Source: Spirochaetia bacterium (GTDB lineage: Bacteria; Spirochaetota; Spirochaetia; UBA9216). From it: a stretch of 64,000 nt of DNA. The notes under the pieces were generated by a model. The model was not told the origin of the DNA, did not search any database, and was given only the letters and a program-made list of their open reading frames with translations. Shown here one piece after another: positions 58,503-64,000 of the stretch. The position numbers were made by a program, and so were the translations under genes. Position 1 is the stretch's first letter. Each line of letters begins with the position of its first letter. The stretch is taken from contig OY776510.1 in the NCBI GenBank assembly GCA_963675665.1, positions 1 through 64,000 of the forward strand, written 5' to 3'.

Positions 58503-59994
58503 GAGTTATAGCTTCCATTATATTTTTCTCGGTTATTTCTTCGTAGAAAAGTTCTTTTGTTATATGACCTTCCCTTATTACAATAACCCGGTCGCAGCCA
58601 CGAATCAGTTCCTCAAATTCAGACGATATCATTACCACACTTATTCCGGAGGCCGCCATTTCCTGAATAATCTTCTCAATTTCAGCTTTTGCGCCTACAT
58701 CAATACCCCGCGTAGGTTCATCCAGAATTATAAGCTCAGGCTGAACTGCAAGCCACCGGGATAGAATCACTTTCTGCTGGTTACCGCCGCTGAGATTACG
58801 AATCCTTTCACGCGGCGATGGAGTTTTAATTCTGATTTTTTCTGTAAATTCATTACATAACCTGTCCAGTTTTCTTTTGTCCAGCACACCACCCCTGCTG
58901 CACCGCTTCAGACTTGCAATAGTCAGATTTTCCTTAACTGATAAAAACGGGAAGATTCCTTCGCTTTTCCGGTTTTCCGAACAGAAAGCAATATTCCTGG
59001 AGATTGCCTCTTTCGGTTTATTAAAAACAACCCGTTCCCCGTTGATCAAAATCCTTCCGGATTCAGGTTTGTCCGCTCCGAAAAGTATCCGGGCAAGCTC
59101 GGTCCGGCCGGAACCGAGAAGTCCTGCGAATCCGAGAATTTCACCCCGCCGTATTTCAAAATCAACACCGTTAAGTTTTTTCCCTCGGATGATATTTTCT
59201 GCTGTTATGAAGGGTTTGGTATTTTTGTAATCTATTCGTTTTTCCTTCACATTCTTTAAAAGATTGGTCGCATCGCGCCCGATCATAAGTGTCACAAGTT
59301 CGAGTTGTGAGATATTGTCCGTTTTATAGCTTCCGACAAGTTTTCCATCCCTGAGAATTGTTATCTCATCCGAAATATGAAAAACCTCGCTTAATCTGTG
59401 ACTGATAAATATTGTTGCAATATTTCGTTTTTTAAGTTCTTCAATAACGTTAAAAAGGATTTTAACTTCATCATCGTCAAGAGAAGAGGTTGGCTCGTCC
59501 ATTACGACCAGCTTTGATTCTATTGAAATAGCCCGGCTTATAGCCACCATCTGCTGAATGGCCGCACCGAACCTGTTAAGAGGCAGAGTGACATCAACAT
59601 CAATGCATAGCCCCTGCAAAAGGTCTTCGGCTCCCCGGTTTATTTCGTCCCAGAGGATACGACCGTTCCTCTTCATTTCTCTTCCTATAAATATATTCTC
59701 TGCAACCGACAATGTGGGAATAAGATTCAGCTCCTGGTAAATTGTACTGATACCGACATGCTGCGCATCCAGGGGGTTTCGTGGATTGATTTCATTCCCG
59801 TTAAAAATAATTTTTCCTGCATCCTTTTTATACAGCCCGGTAAGCACCTTAATCAGCGTCGATTTCCCGGCGCCGTTCTCTCCCATTATCGAATGCACAC
59901 TGCCTTCAGATATCGACAAATCGACTTCAGACAACGCCCTGACCCCGGTGAAAGATTTTGAAATAGATATCATTTCAAGTATTTTTGCGTTCAT
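58492..59994 (-). CDS. sugar ABC transporter ATP-binding protein (two NBDs)
   Basis: GENGAGKST, MDEPT, LSGGNQQK, LDEPTRGIDVGAK. Confidence 0.95.
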   Translation of the reverse strand: MNAKILEMISISKSFTGVRALSEVDLSISEGSVHSIMGENGAGKSTLIKVLTGLYKKDAGKIIFNGNEINPRNPLDAQHVGISTIYQELNLIPTLSVAENIFIGREMKRNGRILWDEINRGAEDLLQGLCIDVDVTLPLNRFGAAIQQMVAISRAISIESKLVVMDEPTSSLDDDEVKILFNVIEELKKRNIATIFISHRLSEVFHISDEITILRDGKLVGSYKTDNISQLELVTLMIGRDATNLLKNVKEKRIDYKNTKPFITAENIIRGKKLNGVDFEIRRGEILGFAGLLGSGRTELARILFGADKPESGRILINGERVVFNKPKEAISRNIAFCSENRKSEGIFPFLSVKENLTIASLKRCSRGGVLDKRKLDRLCNEFTEKIRIKTPSPRERIRNLSGGNQQKVILSRWLAVQPELIILDEPTRGIDVGAKAEIEKIIQEMAASGISVVMISSEFEELIRGCDRVIVIREGHITKELFYEEITEKNIMEAITHGS

Positions 59995-60016
59995 AATTCA
60001 TCCGTTGTTTATGTGG

Positions 60017-60055
60017 CAAAAACAGCCTGGCCTGTTAAAAGACCGGGCTGTTTTC
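60017..60055. terminator. stem-loop between the SBP and ATPase genes
   Basis: AAAACAGCCTGG...CCGGGCTGTTTT. Confidence 0.55.
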
Positions 60056-60070
60056 TGTTTTTAAAGATAA

Positions 60071-61030
60071 TCAGAAAGCTTCAGGCAAATATGCTTCAGC
60101 ATTTTTAATGGTTATTTCGCGTCCCTTGTTCTCAATAAAAACAGGAATCTTTTCTCCCGCCTCAAGCCTTTCGATGGTATCAAAAGAAATCGGTCCGAAA
60201 TAAGGGGTACATTCGATAGTGCCAAGCATCTCGCCGGCGAGAATTGCTTTAGCGGCATCCTTAAACCCTCCGAAACCTACAACTACAACATCGTTACCCG
60301 GAGCAATTCCGGCAGCCTTAAGAGCCTGAATGGAGCCGATTGCGCACTCGTCATCATGACCGAATACAGCATCAATCTGGTCGCCGTATGACTGAATAAC
60401 ATTTTCCATTGCCGCCTGGGCTATACCCCTTGTGAATTCACCGTTTTGTACGGCAATAATGTTCAGGTTCGGGTACTTCGCAATTTCCTCTTCAAACCCC
60501 TTCTGAAGATCAATTGCAACTGAAGAGCCCGGGGTACCGGTGATTACGACTATATTTGCGTCCTTCCCGTCGAAATGATTAGCCAGAAGCTGCGCATCCT
60601 GACGACCCGCGTTAACAAAATCGCCCCTGATACATGTGACATAATCTACACCCGGAACACCGGCCGCATCCCTGTCGATCAGGATAACCGGAATACCGGC
60701 TTCCTTTGCCGCTTCAAGAGCGGGGGCTATTCCGTCGAACTCTCTGGGAGCAAGCAGAATATAATCCGGATTGTTTGCGATAATGTCCTCGACATCCGAA
60801 ACCTGTTTGGCGGTATCGCCCTGGGCATCAGTATAGATAAGTTTTACACCGCGTTTTTCTGCTTCGGACTTAACGCTTCCGGTCTCCGCAACACGCCAGG
60901 CGTTGTTGATTTCCATCTGGGAAAAAGCTACAACAAGTTCCCCGTCTTCTCCGCTTTCCTGCTGCCCGCCTGCAAAACAGAAGCCTGCAAGAATCATTAC
61001 TGTCAGTACAAGACAAATACTCTTTTTCAT
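60071..61030 (-). CDS. sugar ABC substrate-binding protein (YtfQ/RbsB-like)
   Basis: signal peptide, AFSQ..WR.AET, GIPVILIDR, ECTP..GP. Confidence 0.9.
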   Translation of the reverse strand: MKKSICLVLTVMILAGFCFAGGQQESGEDGELVVAFSQMEINNAWRVAETGSVKSEAEKRGVKLIYTDAQGDTAKQVSDVEDIIANNPDYILLAPREFDGIAPALEAAKEAGIPVILIDRDAAGVPGVDYVTCIRGDFVNAGRQDAQLLANHFDGKDANIVVITGTPGSSVAIDLQKGFEEEIAKYPNLNIIAVQNGEFTRGIAQAAMENVIQSYGDQIDAVFGHDDECAIGSIQALKAAGIAPGNDVVVVGFGGFKDAAKAILAGEMLGTIECTPYFGPISFDTIERLEAGEKIPVFIENKGREITIKNAEAYLPEAF

Positions 61031-61147
61031 GACATTCTCCTTTAATTGTTTTACACAGGGTAGCACTGGAATTTCAGAGCCCGCAATTCAATATGACATT
61101 AATTTATTTCAATATAATCAGATCCTGCCCATCAGGGCATGTTCCTC

Positions 61148-62284
61148 TTACCAGTCGACAATTGTCCCGTCGTCATCGGCGTAAAGTCTCGGCGAATCCC
61201 AGGAACCGTCGTATGAACGTTCAGCGACAACTTCCTCATTCACCTCGATACCGAGACCCGGTTTATTATTGATTTTCACATAACCATCCTCAACCCTGAA
61301 GGGATCGGCAAGATACCCCACTCCGAGGTCCCACTCTTCCTTCATGCCGAAGTGCTCAGCTATCAGAAAGTTTGGAGTACAGGCGCCGAGCTGTATATTT
61401 GCCGCAAGCGAAACCGGGCCCAACGGATTATGAGGAGCAACCTTGCAGTAATATGCTTCAGCCATTGCAGCTATGCGGCGCACCTCGGTTATTCCCCCGG
61501 CATGGCAGAGATCAGGCTGAACAATATTAACAGCGCCTGATTCAAAGAGCGGACGGAAAGCTCCCCGACCGACAAGTCTCTCGCCGGTGGCTATTGAGGC
61601 TCCGGTCGCCCCGGCTATGCGCGCCATTGCGTCCGTGTTTTCAGGCAGGCAGGCTTCCTCTACAAACAGGGGGTAATATTGTTCTATCCCCCTGATTACC
61701 TGGATCGCAATGTCCGGATTAAGCCTGCCGTGAAAGTCGATAGCTATATCCATATCGTCCCCGACGGCTTCCCGGATCTCGCCGAAACGCACTATCTGAG
61801 ATTCAATATACCGTTTTACACCCCGGTTTGCCGTAAAGGGTTCAACCAGAATTTTGATTGCGGTAAATCCGTTTTTCTTGCGCTCAAGCGCCCGTGTTAT
61901 AATCTTTTCAGTCGTGGCGCCCCAGCAATGACCGTAAATTCTTATTTTGTCACGGTAAACGCCCCCGAGCATTTCATACACGGGAAGGCCGTAATGCTTT
62001 CCCTTTATATCCATCAACGCCTGTTCTATTCCGCTCAGAGCGCTCATCATTATGACCCCGCCCCGATAGAAAGTGTTGCGGTACATCGACTGCCAGAGAT
62101 ATTCGGTTCTGAGAGGGTCTTGTCCAATCAGAAAATCCCTATGCTCCATAACTGCGGCCTCAACCGTCCGGGCCCGCCCCTCGAGAATAGGTTCGCCCCA
62201 GCCTGTTGTTCCCTCATCGGTGGAAATCTTCAAAAAACTCCATCGCGGTTTTACATGAAATATTTCAATATCGGTTATTTTCAT
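61148..62284 (-). CDS. dgoD: galactonate dehydratase
   Basis: PRWSFLKI.TDEG..GWGEP, FYRGG, DFHGR, ATGER, QPDLCHAGGITE, APHNPLGP. Confidence 0.9.
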   Translation of the reverse strand: MKITDIEIFHVKPRWSFLKISTDEGTTGWGEPILEGRARTVEAAVMEHRDFLIGQDPLRTEYLWQSMYRNTFYRGGVIMMSALSGIEQALMDIKGKHYGLPVYEMLGGVYRDKIRIYGHCWGATTEKIITRALERKKNGFTAIKILVEPFTANRGVKRYIESQIVRFGEIREAVGDDMDIAIDFHGRLNPDIAIQVIRGIEQYYPLFVEEACLPENTDAMARIAGATGASIATGERLVGRGAFRPLFESGAVNIVQPDLCHAGGITEVRRIAAMAEAYYCKVAPHNPLGPVSLAANIQLGACTPNFLIAEHFGMKEEWDLGVGYLADPFRVEDGYVKINNKPGLGIEVNEEVVAERSYDGSWDSPRLYADDDGTIVDW

Positions 62285-63078
62285 TCTGTAATTTCCTTTG
62301 TCGCTTCTACCGACGACCAGTCGGTATCAAGATCATTCTCGGTGATAACCGGAAGAAGAGCCCCCCCGTCAATATCGAGACAGCTGCCCGTCATATATGC
62401 AAAATCATCCGATACAAGCGCCGCAATAACCTTCGCCATCTCTTCAGGACTGGCAAAACGCTTCAGCGGGATCTTTGCAGCCGCCTCGTGGATCGGATTG
62501 TCTGCGGGCCAGCCGACATCCGTGTAGCCGGGAGATATTGCCGCAGACCTTATCCCGTAGGGCGCAAGTTCCATAGCGATATGCTTTGTAAATTTTGCGA
62601 CGGCAGCCTTGGCAGGACCATATATACTGGAAGTGGGCCAGCATCCATCCTTCTGGTTTGAAGACATGTTAAGAATCACGCCTTTTACGCCTTTTTCAAT
62701 CATCAGCTGAGCAGCCCTCTGGGCACAGAAATAGGTACCCTTCCAGTCTATAGCGGTCAGCTCATCCCACATTGCTTCATCGACCTTTATAAAGGGTTTG
62801 AATTTGCTTATGCCGGCATTGTTTATAAGCAGATCAATCCTGCCGAACCGTTCGGTAAACTCTTCAAACATACGATCAATTTCTGAAACCCTTCCAACAT
62901 CAGCCTGAATGATAACAGCCTCAGCTCCTTTTTTTTCCACAAGAGCTTTCACCTCCATGGCTGCTTTTTCGCTTTTACTGTAATTAATACCTATATCATA
63001 ACCGCGGCGGGCAAGTTCAATTGCAACAGCCCTGCCTATCCCCCGGCCTGAACCGGTTATCAAAGCCTTTTTTCTCAT
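62281..63078 (-). CDS. SDR sugar dehydrogenase-like protein
   Basis: TGSGRGIG, NNAG, YGPAK. Confidence 0.9.
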   Translation of the reverse strand: MRKKALITGSGRGIGRAVAIELARRGYDIGINYSKSEKAAMEVKALVEKKGAEAVIIQADVGRVSEIDRMFEEFTERFGRIDLLINNAGISKFKPFIKVDEAMWDELTAIDWKGTYFCAQRAAQLMIEKGVKGVILNMSSNQKDGCWPTSSIYGPAKAAVAKFTKHIAMELAPYGIRSAAISPGYTDVGWPADNPIHEAAAKIPLKRFASPEEMAKVIAALVSDDFAYMTGSCLDIDGGALLPVITENDLDTDWSSVEATKEITE

Positions 63079-63090
63079 AGCAATTTCCTT

Positions 63091-63948
63091 TTAATAATAT
63101 CTGAACAGAAAGGGAGCTTGACCTTTTGTGCCTGTATTTGCCCTAAAAACAGAACCGTCTGCCGGTCCAGGATTACTGAGACCCTCTGTCGCTGAGGTAA
63201 TAAAAAGCCCGGAATAATCTTCCCCGTAAAAACAGCATGAGGTAGGGTTTTTTGCTTCCAGTTTTATTTTCGCCATCATTTCACCGTTCGGGCTGAATCC
63301 GCAGACACAACCTCCGCCCCAGAAAGCGCTCCAGACATTCCCGGTCGAGTCAACAGTCAATCCGTCCGGATCACCTTTCATATCTTCCGAACTGATAAAC
63401 AGCTTTTCATCAGAAATACATCCTGTCTTTCGATCAAATTTCCATCTGCTGATCATGCTTTTACCTGTATCGGTTATATACATTATCGTTTCGTCTGGAC
63501 TCCATCCCAGACCGTTCGGGATCAGCATTCCTTCAATAATTTTTTCAATATGATCAGTTACCCGATACAAAGCTCCTACAGGCTTGCCTCCGTCACAAGA
63601 CATGGAGCCGACCCAGAAAGCTCCGTCCGGACCAACCTTTCCATCGTTAAAACGTAATTTGCTTCTGTCAAACGGAGGTTCGAAAAGTCTTTTTTTCAGC
63701 CTGAAGCAGGTATCATAGACTGAAATTCCGTCCGAACCTGCTGCAATTATATTTCCGTCTTCAGTCGTCCCTGCACAGCAGACAAAACCCACAACGGAAA
63801 GTTCTTCAATACAGAACTGATCCGCTTCAGCAAAAAATACTTTTTCACCCAGAATATCAAACCAGTAAATATCTTTTGCAACAGTAAACGGACCTTCCCC
63901 GAGACAATGTCCCGGAGAAGCCATAACCTCCGCTTTCAATGCTTTCAT
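63091..63948 (-). CDS. SMP-30/gluconolactonase family protein
   Basis: LGEGP, RFNDG, IPNGLGWSPD, PDGLTVD. Confidence 0.92.
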   Translation of the reverse strand: MKALKAEVMASPGHCLGEGPFTVAKDIYWFDILGEKVFFAEADQFCIEELSVVGFVCCAGTTEDGNIIAAGSDGISVYDTCFRLKKRLFEPPFDRSKLRFNDGKVGPDGAFWVGSMSCDGGKPVGALYRVTDHIEKIIEGMLIPNGLGWSPDETIMYITDTGKSMISRWKFDRKTGCISDEKLFISSEDMKGDPDGLTVDSTGNVWSAFWGGGCVCGFSPNGEMMAKIKLEAKNPTSCCFYGEDYSGLFITSATEGLSNPGPADGSVFRANTGTKGQAPFLFRYY

Positions 63949-64000
63949 TGTGTCTTACACTGCTTTCTGCATATTGTTCTGCCTAAGCTGATCAACAATT

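Noticed and set aside
1-64000. tRNA, rRNA or prophage structural genes
   Set aside because: none recognisable by eye; a tRNAscan/Infernal run would be needed to exclude small RNAs

Overview
Bacterial chromosomal window, probably from a spirochaete (tandem cheX genes, Spirochaetia-style 'AGGQQE' solute-binding protein; taxonomy is inference). The left part is housekeeping: a small unannotated transcription unit, ptsP, a glycosyltransferase, a DUF4105-like gene and pyruvate:ferredoxin oxidoreductase (nifJ/por). A ~20 kb defence island (8923-29756) is bounded by ~615-bp imperfect direct repeats of the por 3' end and encodes no recognisable integrase. Inside it, a type I R-M system is split between hsdM and hsdS by ~12 kb of cargo. 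The cargo comprises an ImmA/IrrE+DUF4411 pair, a DUF433/PIN toxin-antitoxin pair, a complete type IV CBASS (QueC, TGT-like, CD-NTase, 2TM effector, glycosylase), and a CapH/CapP-like regulator pair divergent from a Ubl/E2-E1/DUF6527 ubiquitin-like operon. An HNH pseudogene follows hsdR. Three GxxExxY nuclease-fold genes plus one fragment punctuate the island. Each intact copy is preceded by a covarying hairpin with ssDNA-type features (GNA triloops in two copies, tandem G.A pairs in two) that would build a sigma70 promoter only when the template strand is single-stranded; this is the most unusual signal in the window. The right part holds hicAB, an ECF sigma, MarR-regulated modules, a lipase, cheX x2, an EAL protein, an intact IS4-family element and a sugar/sugar-acid (dgoD/kdgK/eda) ABC catabolic cluster.
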